A stretch of 64,000 nt of DNA from positions 96,001-160,000 of the IMG/VR virus record IMGVR_UViG_3300028591_000070; one strand, given 5' to 3'. Below are positions 8,680 to 19,000 of the stretch, piece by piece; positions within the stretch are counted from its first letter, which is position 1; every line of letters begins with the position of its first letter. The notes beneath the pieces were generated by a model that was not told where the DNA came from, did no database searches, and saw only the letters and a program-made list of their open reading frames with translations. The DNA comes from a virus. Taxonomy: Duplodnaviria > Caudoviricetes. Both the position numbers and the translations under genes were made by a program.

Positions 8680-9867
8680 ATGGCATTTTTAAACATCGAT
8701 GGTGAGTACTATTGGATGGATGGAGATGGAATCTCTGTCGATAAAGTCATCAAAAAGAAGATTTGGAAAATGGTCCCAACTAAAATGGGTCCAAAACTTG
8801 CGCCATTAGATGATTTTAAACTTTCTCATGGAAAAATTTATGGTAATTCTCAGGCTAGAGCCAATCATATTGTTGAAGCATTTAGAAAAAATGATGCTGA
8901 CCACAACTTAGGTGTATTACTCTCTGGTGGAAGAGGTCTTGGTAAAACCCTTACAACAAGATTAGTTATTGAACAGCTCAAAGATGATTATCCAGTTGTA
9001 GTCATTTCTGAATATATGGGTGGAATGGCCGACTTCCTTTCTCATCTTAAAAATACAGTTATTCTTATGGATGAATTTGAGAAGTTTATGAGTGGTAATA
9101 TCAAAGGTGATGATAATTCCAATGAACAGACTAAGCAAGAGTCAATTCTCTCTGTATTAGATGGAAATACTGGAAGTGCTGGAAACCTTTATCTTTTAAC
9201 TGTAAATAACACTTATAAGTTGGATGAAAATTTAATTTCTCGTCCAGGCCGCATTCGTTATCATTACACTTATGAGAGTGAAGACGCATCAGTTGTAAGA
9301 GCTTATTGTAAGGATAACCTTAATGACCAGTCAAAGATTGAAGAGGTTGTTAATGTTTTAGGCTCTACAAAATATGTTTCAATGGATATTATTTCTTCAT
9401 TTGTTGATGAACTTAATAAGTTCCCTGAATTAAGTCCAACAGATGTTAGAGAATATTTCAATTTGGATGTATCTACTTCAAAATTAAAGTACTCAGTTCT
9501 CATGAGAACTCCAGATGGAAACTTTACTTATTCTACTACTTACTCTGGCAGTCCAGACGAAATCTGGTTGCATATGAATAACTCAGATTATAAGAAGTTG
9601 CTTAAGTCTAAAGGTCTTAAAGAAGAAGATGATGAATCTGATGACTTAGATTATATGTCTGCCATTAACATTACGATTGAAGATATGCCACCAATTTATG
9701 GTGTTCATAAACTTCTTCCTGATGAGCTTACTATAAATTATTTGGCATTCGCGTTAGGTCCAAACCAGTCTTTTGATGACTCTGATGGATATGAAATTCT
9801 TTCTGCAACAATTACAGACCCAGAGTTTGCTTCTTATACTAAGAAATATAATAAAGGCGCATTCTAA
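8680..9867 (+). CDS. AAA+ ATPase
   Basis: Walker A GGRGLGKT, Walker B ILMDEFEK, SRPGRI arginine finger. Confidence 0.9.
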   Translation: MAFLNIDGEYYWMDGDGISVDKVIKKKIWKMVPTKMGPKLAPLDDFKLSHGKIYGNSQARANHIVEAFRKNDADHNLGVLLSGGRGLGKTLTTRLVIEQLKDDYPVVVISEYMGGMADFLSHLKNTVILMDEFEKFMSGNIKGDDNSNEQTKQESILSVLDGNTGSAGNLYLLTVNNTYKLDENLISRPGRIRYHYTYESEDASVVRAYCKDNLNDQSKIEEVVNVLGSTKYVSMDIISSFVDELNKFPELSPTDVREYFNLDVSTSKLKYSVLMRTPDGNFTYSTTYSGSPDEIWLHMNNSDYKKLLKSKGLKEEDDESDDLDYMSAINITIEDMPPIYGVHKLLPDELTINYLAFALGPNQSFDDSDGYEILSATITDPEFASYTKKYNKGAF

Positions 9868-9868
9868 T

Positions 9869-9900
9869 TTGTAAAATCTCTTATATGGGAGTATATTCTA
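9869..9900 (+). promoter_or_regulatory. early sigma70-type promoter
   Basis: TTGTAA-17nt-TATATT-CTA, followed by RBS AAGAGGT. Confidence 0.8.
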
Positions 9901-9916
9901 TATAAGAGGTATTTTT

Positions 9917-10183
9917 ATGGATTGGGGTAAAATCGCAATTGCAAATGCAATAAATCCTGGTTTGGGTGTGATAGAATATGAAAAGCAGCAAAGAAAAGCA
10001 CAGAAGTTTAATGAAATTGAATTTAAACTTCGTACAATGAAAGTAGGTGCTACTTTGGATGTTGAAAGATATACTATCAAAAAGCAGGGTCAATATAATT
10101 ATGACCTTATGGTTTATAACAGCATCGTTCGTCAGTTTACATCTTATTTAATGCTTGTTGAATACTTAAAGCACATGATTTGA
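9917..10183 (+). CDS. hypothetical early protein
   Basis: Own promoter and AGAGGT RBS. Confidence 0.75.
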   Translation: MDWGKIAIANAINPGLGVIEYEKQQRKAQKFNEIEFKLRTMKVGATLDVERYTIKKQGQYNYDLMVYNSIVRQFTSYLMLVEYLKHMI

Positions 10184-10211
10184 ATTTAATTTTAATTTAT
10201 GGTATAATCTA
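10180..10211 (+). promoter_or_regulatory. early sigma70-type promoter
   Basis: TTGAAT-17nt-TATAAT-CTA. Confidence 0.85.
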
Positions 10212-10226
10212 AATAAGAGGTAATAT

Positions 10227-10499
10227 ATGGCAACAAAAACTTATTCAAATGTACGTAGAAATGGAAGATCAGCATCTTGGGTTCGCGTTCTTAAGGCACT
10301 TAATTTGAGTGATACTCCACTCGCAGCAAAAGAAATTCTTGAAACTGCAGCAACAACAAATAGTGGTGTTATCCGCAAGTTGCACAATGATAATCTCATT
10401 TCACGTAAAAAGATTGGACCCCACAATAAAATGGGTTACACTCTTTCTTATAAAGGTTTGAAAGCTTTGAATGAAGCTGAAAAAGCTCTTCGAAAGTAA
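10227..10499 (+). CDS. winged-helix DNA-binding protein
   Basis: Basic 90 aa; PLAAKEIL...IRKLHNDNLISR...YTLSYKG wHTH pattern. Confidence 0.7.
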   Translation: MATKTYSNVRRNGRSASWVRVLKALNLSDTPLAAKEILETAATTNSGVIRKLHNDNLISRKKIGPHNKMGYTLSYKGLKALNEAEKALRK

Positions 10500-10521
10500 T
10501 TTCATAGTTTTACTTCCTACT

Positions 10522-10546
10522 AAGCTCCCAGAAATGGGAGCTTTTT
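10522..10546 (+). terminator. intrinsic terminator
   Basis: AAGCTCCCA-GAAA-TGGGAGCTT followed by T-tract. Confidence 0.85.
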
Positions 10547-10576
10547 GAATTTTAAATAAATATGTGGTATATTCTA
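10545..10576 (+). promoter_or_regulatory. early sigma70-type promoter
   Basis: TTGAAT-17nt-TATATT-CTA. Confidence 0.85.
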
Positions 10577-10593
10577 AATAAGAGGTAAATATT

Positions 10594-10971
10594 ATGAAGA
10601 AATTTATTTGTTTATTCCTTTTTTCCCTTCTGTCATCAGGCCTCTTTGCTAAAGATTTTATTATATGTGATGATTACTCAGACAGTCATCGAACAGTGTA
10701 TCTAACACAAGTAAAAAATGATGACCAATATAGCGTAATGGTTTTTGAAAATGAAAATTATTGTCCTCAGTATATAATATCTTTTAAATCCCAGACTAAA
10801 AATTATGAAGCTTATAAAAAAGCTAAAGACTGTTTTGAAAATATTGAGGTTTTTATAGAAGAACATAATTTTGAACAAGGAAGAATTTCTAATTCAAATA
10901 TTTATTCTAAAACATCCAAAATTAAAATAGATAATGGCCGCCCACTTATGTATAATGACTTCCAAAAGTAA
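10594..10971 (+). CDS. secreted/periplasmic hypothetical protein
   Basis: Signal peptide MKKFICLFLFSLLSSGLFA. Confidence 0.75.
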   Translation: MKKFICLFLFSLLSSGLFAKDFIICDDYSDSHRTVYLTQVKNDDQYSVMVFENENYCPQYIISFKSQTKNYEAYKKAKDCFENIEVFIEEHNFEQGRISNSNIYSKTSKIKIDNGRPLMYNDFQK

Positions 10972-10980
10972 TTCTCATTA

Positions 10981-10988
10981 ACTAATTA
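10981..10988 (+). promoter_or_regulatory. putative late promoter ACTAATTA
   Basis: 4 nt before the SD-less ATG at 10993; same spacing at 13017, 42674, 43026 (+) and 1221, 34179, 39923, 61140 (-). Confidence 0.75.
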
Positions 10989-10992
10989 CTTT

Positions 10993-11832
10993 ATGGACTA
11001 TGATTTTCTCTATCCTCAAGGTGGTGGCGAAAAACAATCAAATAATAAAGCAATAGATAACATTCTCAGATCAGGAGCTGACTTTATTGGAAACCAGTTC
11101 CAGGCTATGTTTTATTGGTTTGATGAAGGTGGCAAAATAGAGAATGTATTTTACCAACATTTTAATACAAACCTCAGTTCAACATTAGTTTATGATAAAT
11201 CTAATTCTCATTTTGATCCAGAAAATCCAAAATTAAATAGTGTAGACGGCGATTTAGACTATGATAATAAATATAAGCAAGCTATTTTATCAAAAGAAGG
11301 ATTTTTAGTTCGCTTTTTAAATATTAAAATGCCTACAATAAAACAAGAAACTTATACTATTAAAGTAGGCATGCAGACAATAGAAAAAGTTAGAACTACA
11401 AAGGCAATAACTCCTCAAGCTTCTTTTTCATTTAGATTAGATGCAAACTTAGAGTGGCTAGACTTTTTTAATAAAGCTTCTGGAAATTATAATACCGTAT
11501 CTCAGAATAGTGATGATTTAAATGATTGGAGAAAAAATATTAGTCAGGTAACAAAATGTTTTGTCCCTTCCAATATAACGTCAAATCATCGATTATGCTT
11601 ATTTGTAAATGCAAGTTGTTTTGATTATACAATTCAAAAATACAAAAATGTAGAAGACTATAAAAATCTTATTCCTTTCTCATATGTTTTTCAAGATGTT
11701 AGATTTTTAGGACCTGGAAATATTACATATGAATCTAATGGTGGTGGAACTCAAGAGATTACTGTAGATTTTATTTATAAACGCTTGAGAAAAATTAGAA
11801 ACTTAGAAGGCGGAGTTATTGAGGTAATATAA
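10993..11832 (+). CDS. tail-tube-fold protein (gp48/gp54-like tube initiator candidate)
   Basis: Shares GAD, P..(Q/E)TY, F(S/T)FR.D, VF.DV.F.G and TQEITVDF motifs with 11832..12881 and 31741..32580. Confidence 0.6.
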   Translation: MDYDFLYPQGGGEKQSNNKAIDNILRSGADFIGNQFQAMFYWFDEGGKIENVFYQHFNTNLSSTLVYDKSNSHFDPENPKLNSVDGDLDYDNKYKQAILSKEGFLVRFLNIKMPTIKQETYTIKVGMQTIEKVRTTKAITPQASFSFRLDANLEWLDFFNKASGNYNTVSQNSDDLNDWRKNISQVTKCFVPSNITSNHRLCLFVNASCFDYTIQKYKNVEDYKNLIPFSYVFQDVRFLGPGNITYESNGGGTQEITVDFIYKRLRKIRNLEGGVIEVI

Positions 11833-12881
11833 TGGAATTAAATGACTATAACCTTAAACCATATAAAAATCTCAATCCTTATCTAGATGATACTACTGAA
11901 AGAACTGTTTATGAGCCTATAAATAGTGGTGAATTAGCTCTTTCTGGTAATGAGATTGACAATATTATTGGTGATGAGCTTGCAAAAGGATATGATAAGG
12001 ATGTTCATTATTTAAACTTTGCAAAACAAATCTTAGTTACTGGTGCTGATTTTGCTAAAAACTTTTTTGATACATTTCTATTTGCTATAAAATCAAATGG
12101 AAAGTCAACAACACAAGATGATGCTTTTAATGATTTGGCACAACAATCAAAGGATAATGAAGAAAAATTACCAAATTTATGGCGAACTGTAGGTATGTAT
12201 TCATTTACTACAAGAACAACTAGAGTTGAAATACCTCAACCTAAAGCTCAAACATTTGATTATACTGTTGGCCAATATGTTATTAGAAAAATAAAATCAG
12301 AATGGGATATGCCTAAAAAGTCATCACTTACTATGAGAATAGATGGGTTGGCTTACTATATAGATGCAATCAATTTATTGTCTCAGAATAGTGATAATGC
12401 TGTATTAAATGATAAAGGAATCGACCATTTAAGTTTTATGGGATTTAATAAACATATTGCAGAAGACCTTAAAAATGGAACTCGACTAGACTTAGTCGTA
12501 AGACATACAAATCCTAATGACGAGGGTCTTAAGAATAGTTGGTTAAAAAATGCAGAAAGAGCAGTGTATAGAGAGTCTGCAACACCAGATAGTCAAATTG
12601 GTATGGCTAATATTAGACCAGATAATGCTCGCTCTATGTTTTGGGTTTTTGAAGATGTTAAGTTTTTAGGATGGAATGATGGCCTTGAATTTGGCCATAC
12701 TTCAACTGGAAGTCAAGAACTAACAACTGATTTTATTTTCAAACGCTTGATAAGAGTAGATCCTATGTATTTAGAAAATTATATAGGTGGAACTGCTGGA
12801 AAAGCATTTGAATTGACTGATATTAAGGACTCTGCAATTTCATCTGAATTAAAAACTAAATCTAATTTCTCAAAAGTCTAG
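11832..12881 (+). CDS. tail-tube-fold protein (gp48/gp54-like tube initiator candidate)
   Basis: ILVTGADF, VEIPQPKAQTF, WVFEDVKFLG, SQELTTDFIFKRL; paralog of the preceding gene. Confidence 0.6.
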   Translation: MELNDYNLKPYKNLNPYLDDTTERTVYEPINSGELALSGNEIDNIIGDELAKGYDKDVHYLNFAKQILVTGADFAKNFFDTFLFAIKSNGKSTTQDDAFNDLAQQSKDNEEKLPNLWRTVGMYSFTTRTTRVEIPQPKAQTFDYTVGQYVIRKIKSEWDMPKKSSLTMRIDGLAYYIDAINLLSQNSDNAVLNDKGIDHLSFMGFNKHIAEDLKNGTRLDLVVRHTNPNDEGLKNSWLKNAERAVYRESATPDSQIGMANIRPDNARSMFWVFEDVKFLGWNDGLEFGHTSTGSQELTTDFIFKRLIRVDPMYLENYIGGTAGKAFELTDIKDSAISSELKTKSNFSKV

Positions 12882-13000
12882 AAACTGGTCACTGTTAAAT
12901 TATATTTAAAGATGACCATTTTCACGACTTTTCGTCGCTCAAATAGTAGACCGGGACACCGCCCTTCGGTCTCATACTGACTGGATATAAATAAAAAAGA
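12872..13000 (+). repeat. dispersed palindromic element, copy 1
   Basis: 61-bp imperfect palindrome (12872-12932), GC-rich hairpin AGACCG..CGGTCT, then TGGATATAAATAAAAA; inverted copy at ~39973-40111. Confidence 0.9.
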
Positions 13001-13028
13001 GCATATATTACTTTCTACTAATTACTAT

Positions 13029-16000
13029 ATGAATAGTAATTTTGACATTCCAGTTGAAAAATTGAACGAACCTGGAAATCTTTGGATTAGACCTCAAAAC
13101 AAACAGCTTAGATATAGCACAGATGCTGATAAAGCAGCATCTTGGCTCAATCCACTTCCTGTTTATAAAGCAAGCAAAGAAATTAAATTTGGACAGCCTG
13201 TTTCTCTTACAAACTATTCTCAAGAACACAGTATTTCTGAAAGTGGTGCTCGTGCTAGAACTATAATGCCAACAAATGCCTTAGAAAACTCGTCATTTAT
13301 TGGTATCGCTATTGAATATGGTGAAGAAAAGAAAGAAATTCATATCTTAAATCAAGGTGAACTTGTTTATGAAATATCTAAAAAAGATAATCCAAAATAC
13401 TGGTTGCCACCTTATCATAAAAATGGAGATGACTTTGTATTTGATTGGACAGATGCAGATGTAGGTTCAACAGTCTATATCACAAGTAATGGTTCATATA
13501 CCTTAAATGTTGATGATGTTTCAGGTGGAAATATTATGTCAGTGGGTAAACTTGTTTTTGCTCCAAAAGCAACTGAAACTAAAGAAAAACAACAGAAAAT
13601 TATTATTCATATTCAAGCTGGTGGTGATGACAGAGGCGTTAAAGATACAGCACAATTTACTGTTCAAATGTCATCTATTATTAAACCTACTTCAATCGAA
13701 AGTGATTACGACCAACTTATTTTTGTTAAGATAAATAAAGATGGCTTAGGTGAAATTATTTTTAATGATGATGCGATTACAAATGATATAGAGTCTTCTC
13801 CTGTGGGTGCCATCATGGTTAAGTCTGAAGATGGACTTTGTGATCTTACACCTATCATTGGTAAGAAAATTACTTTAGTAAGAATGGGTCTTATTAGTGG
13901 TAATTTTGGTTTTAACACAAATAATGTTGGTAAAATTGGACTCTTAAATGATGGTAGAGTAGCTTTCAAATCAGCTAAAGATTATAGCTTAAAAGTTGGT
14001 CTTTTTAAGTCTTATAGTGGTGATACACAAGACTTCTTAGTAGATTGTAGATTCCCAATGGAAGGAGCAGAGTCTGGTGATAAAATTGGCACAATTAAAC
14101 CTGTTTTTGGCCCATCAGATGATCCTCTTTTAGATATAGGATATGCATTAGTTGATAATGAAATCCATAGAACAACATTTATTAGAAATGACTCAGTTGA
14201 CAAAAGTGGAATAGATTGGGAAGATCTTATTAAAAATTGTTATACAAAAGACATTTTTGAGTTTGGTAGAAAAATAAATGGTAAGTATGTTTTTTCTAGA
14301 GTATTAGAAGAATTTAATGGAAAATCTTGGTCTTTAGATATTTATGATACAGACGAAACAGTTGCAATCTTAAATCCTGAGACTTTCTTTAAGTTCCGCA
14401 ATCTTTATTATACTATTAATTCAGATAATGGAATTAAACAAGTTGCTTGCCAGATTAAGTTTAATCAAGATTCAATAAATACAAATGAAGAATGTATTTG
14501 GCCTGAAGAAGCTTATAAGATTAAATTAAAAGCAACTTCTGATAAAGAAGATTATGTTTTAGGTGGTAAAGGACCTAAATCAACACTATTCTGTAATATT
14601 TCTCGTCTTGTTGCTATTGGAAACTATATGGATGGTAATGGTTCTAATATTGAGACATATGACATCACTGTAAAAGTTCAAAGTACAGGACAAATTCTCG
14701 CCCCAGGTTTTTATCAGAACAAAGATGGTAAATGGTGTGGCTATGAATGGTTTATTTATAGTAACAATGGCTTAACATATCTTTATATGAGTACAATTCC
14801 TTCTGGAGTAGATGCTAAAGATTGTAATGGTATTAACACTATTATTGCTGGAGAAAAACTTACATCTTCAGATCCAGAAGAAACCTTAATTGTTACTGTA
14901 AGAAGACGTCCAACACTTTATAATGCAGTTTATCTCAATCAATATCCAACAAATAATCCATGGATGCCATATGTTGATGGTAATACTGGAAATTTAATTA
15001 CAGAAAATGCTATTTATTTTGGCTCACCTTCTAAGTTATTAAATCAAAATCAAACTGGTGATGAAGATGAAGCTACTTCTGGAATGGAATTTAATGAAGC
15101 TGGAAGAAATGGTAAAATTGAGCTTATAACAGAAGATAGTGGTAAAGTTGTTACTCTTTCAACTCAAGTTAGAGGCTCAACTAATACTCCAACATTTAAG
15201 GATAAAAAACAAGTAATTAAGTCCGATGGTTCGATATCAAATACTATTGAATGGGAATATGATTTTGCTAATAATGTTACATCATTAAATTCATATTTTG
15301 CTCCAATTTTAATTTCTAGAAATTCTAAAAAAGATGAAATTGACCTCGTCCCATTGAGTTATCAATTAAATAATGATATTGTTACTACATCAGACTTTAA
15401 TGAGTATTTACATGACAACAGTATTTCTGCACTTGAAATTTTAGATACTTTCTATTTTAGAAATATTAAATATACAAAGGATGCAAAAAAGTCAACAATA
15501 TCTACTTTATTAGGTGATGATACTGATAATTCAAAAATACTTTTTCCAGAAGTTGATATTCTTGCAAATAATTATTCTATTAATTCTGAAAGTTTATCTG
15601 CTTATAAAGATTTCTTATATGTAGATAATAAATATATTGACTATATGTCTTTCATGAGTTTAATTGGACTTTCTACAAAAGATTTATTTAGTAAGGTTCT
15701 TAGATTAGAAAGAATAGTTAATGGAGTAGATTTTAATAAAAACGTCAATTCTCAAATTGAATATTCTGACAATAGTTTAGATTATATTGATAATATTGGC
15801 CTTTTGAGAACTGCTGGATATTTAAAAAATTCATTAATTTTAATAGACTCATTCAACTTAGACCATTTAGAAACAAATGAAGCTTTATTTCCAGACAATA
15901 ATTATATTTCTATTATTGATCGATATATTATTGAAAATTTTTATCATTATACAAATTCAGATGAATTAAAAACAAGATATATTGATTATAGAGATAAGAG

Positions 16001-19000
16001 CTTCTTTGATAGACTTCAATCTGTATTTAATTATACTCACCAAAAAAATAGTAATGTTGCCCAAATGTATATTGCATTTAATGACCTTGACATGAATGAA
16101 TACTCTTACAGAGTAGGTGACTTTTTTAAATTTCTTAACAATAATAAATATAGTTTATCTCCACAGGACGTTTATGAAGGAAAAACAATTTCTGCAGATA
16201 AAATTGTTTTTAGAAAAAATGTTTTAGGATATGATGCTTTATGCAAAGATAAAAATGGCTATGGCTATGAAGGACTAGTAACAGAACCTGAACCTACTAA
16301 AGATGTATATCAGATTAGTACAGATTCATATAATCCAGAAGAAACTTATTATGAAAATGTAGGTAGTAGAATTTTTGTTGTAAAAAGCTTAAAGGAGGAG
16401 GATTATTCACCTAATAAATATTATATTAAAAGAACTATTGACAATAAATATCAGGGTTATCCATTTAGATGGCCTATTTATAAAGATAGTGCTTTTAATG
16501 AATTAGACGTAGAGTATAATTTCTTTTCTAAGAATACTTATGGATTAGATGACAGTATTGCTATCTATGATGATAACAGAAATAAAACAATAAGTTCATT
16601 TAGTTCACAGTCATTGGAAGGTATTACCTTTGATACCATTTCAAAACTGTCTTTCTTATATTCTTGTTTTGATAATAACCATACTTTTGAATCTCAAATG
16701 ACATGGCTTTTACCATTCTTTGTAGATGATGGTACCGACTTTAAATATGAGCTTAAAAGATTATCTCAAGCTAAATCAATTAAAGCAGAGGATAATAAAA
16801 TATATTCTGCATTTGTTACAAGAGACAATAAGATTATTGAGTTGGGTAGCTTAATTTATAATGCTTATCGATTCATGTTCTTTGAATCTAATGCCTTTAA
16901 TGATACTGATGCATCTTCCATAAATTATGAAAATAAATTTTTAGATTGGAGACAAAGAATTTTAGGTGAAGTAGCTCATAAAAATGGTGTCAAAACATCT
17001 AAATCTATTGACTTTATTTTTGACTTAGGAGATAATAAAACTTATAAATTCTCAATTCTAGATAATATTGAAACTTATAAAAAGTTTATTTTCTTGGTGA
17101 CTCAAGGAAAATTAGCTCGTATAAAGAAAATATTGGAAAATGATCCATATAATGCATATAAAACATATGGCGATTTCTTTAAAAAAGATTATCTTATTAG
17201 TATTGATATTTCCACAAATGAAGGAATAGAAGAGGCTAAGAACTCAATTGCAAATTATCTTTATTCTGGTATCTCAGATGATAAATTAAACTTATTATCT
17301 AAATTTTCTGTCACTCCAGCAACTACAGGCCCAAATGATGAATATAATCAATTAGGATCATATAGTACTATTGTTTCAGAAATAAAGTCCCTTAGATTAG
17401 TTGAAGATGTTACTTTAAGTGAGTTACAAGAGTTTTTTACATTTATAGAATCATTTAATAATCCTTCTTCAGATAGTAGATGGGATAGTTTTGAAATTAT
17501 TGACTATGCTAGAGTAGCAGCATATGGTTCAAAAAATATAGTATATTACAATGAATCAGCATATAAGACATTCAATAATATTCCATCAGAAACAAATTTA
17601 AAATTTAATTTTACTCAAATTTTAAATAAAGCAATTAAAGATAGTAATGACCTTATTGATACTCAAGACACAGCCTCTCTTAAGGTAGTTTGGCCTTCTG
17701 AGATAAATACTTATGGTCAAAAACAAGAAAGTCTTACATTTGCTAAAAATAATATTAATCAATTCATTGATAGAAAAGTATCAGATGATACAACTACTAA
17801 TGGAAATATAGGTATTATAAATATTAAGACAAATCCTGTATCAAGAATTTCAATTATTGACGAAAATAATATTCCAGATATAACTGTTGCAGAATTAAAG
17901 CTATTATTAGAAGGTGATGAAACAATTTGCAATAAATGTGGAATTGATAATAATGAAATTAAAGAATATAATCTTAATATTGAGCCACTGAAAAATGCAA
18001 CATTAGACTGGACAATTCCGGTAGTTACATTGGGTGATGATCAATTTAAGACTTTATTTGAAATCAGAAACTTGCAATATCAGCAAATAAGTGCTTATAA
18101 TAATTCTAATGTAGATGAAGAAATCTTGTCAACAGCTGTAATAGATTATTCTAAAGAAGCCATTATCTATGATTTAATTAAGCAAGGATTAAATTATGAT
18201 ACAGCAAAATTATTTGCTGATGGTATTTTAACTGAAGGCGTAAATATTAGTGGTGGCTTTATCCATAATCCTCAACTCCAGACTACATATGGTCTTTTAA
18301 ATACAGATTTATATGGTGAAGTAAAAGAAGATGGTCATATACAATATGGCTCAAAACTTGAAGGATATATATTACATATATCTTCTAAAGAAGATAAAAA
18401 TATTAATGACTTTAAGTTGAAAGATTTATACAATTATAATAATATTGATCAGTTAATTTTAGCTGCAGAAAAATCAAATTGCGATGTATTATTGCAGAAT
18501 CTTTCAACTATTAAAAATTATATTGAATTATTCTTTAGTCATTGTGATAAGATCTTAAAAGATCTTTCAGTTTCAGGTAAGCAATCTCCTATTGAGATTA
18601 AAGGTACTACTTATATTGATGATTTTGTTGATAGTGAAATTACTAATAAAAACTTTAATGAATTAAAGAAGTCATTAGACTCTATTACAACTATTAAAAA
18701 AGAGATACCTACTGATAGTAATATTACAGGTGTTGATGCATATTCACCAATAGTAAATAGTTATTTTGCAGAATTGGCTAATGACTGCGTAGAAATATTT
18801 AGAAAAATTGCTCATATTTTACAAAATAACTTGAATTTAAGTGAATCTGATGCAAAATTAGTGGCTGATATCGCAAATGCTAGGGTATCACTAGACTTGC
18901 CTACTAATCAGCTTAGAGAATCAATTATAAAAACCGCTATAGAAGTTATTAATAAATCTAATTTTACTTTGGATATGCAAAAACCATCTGATATGGAAGA

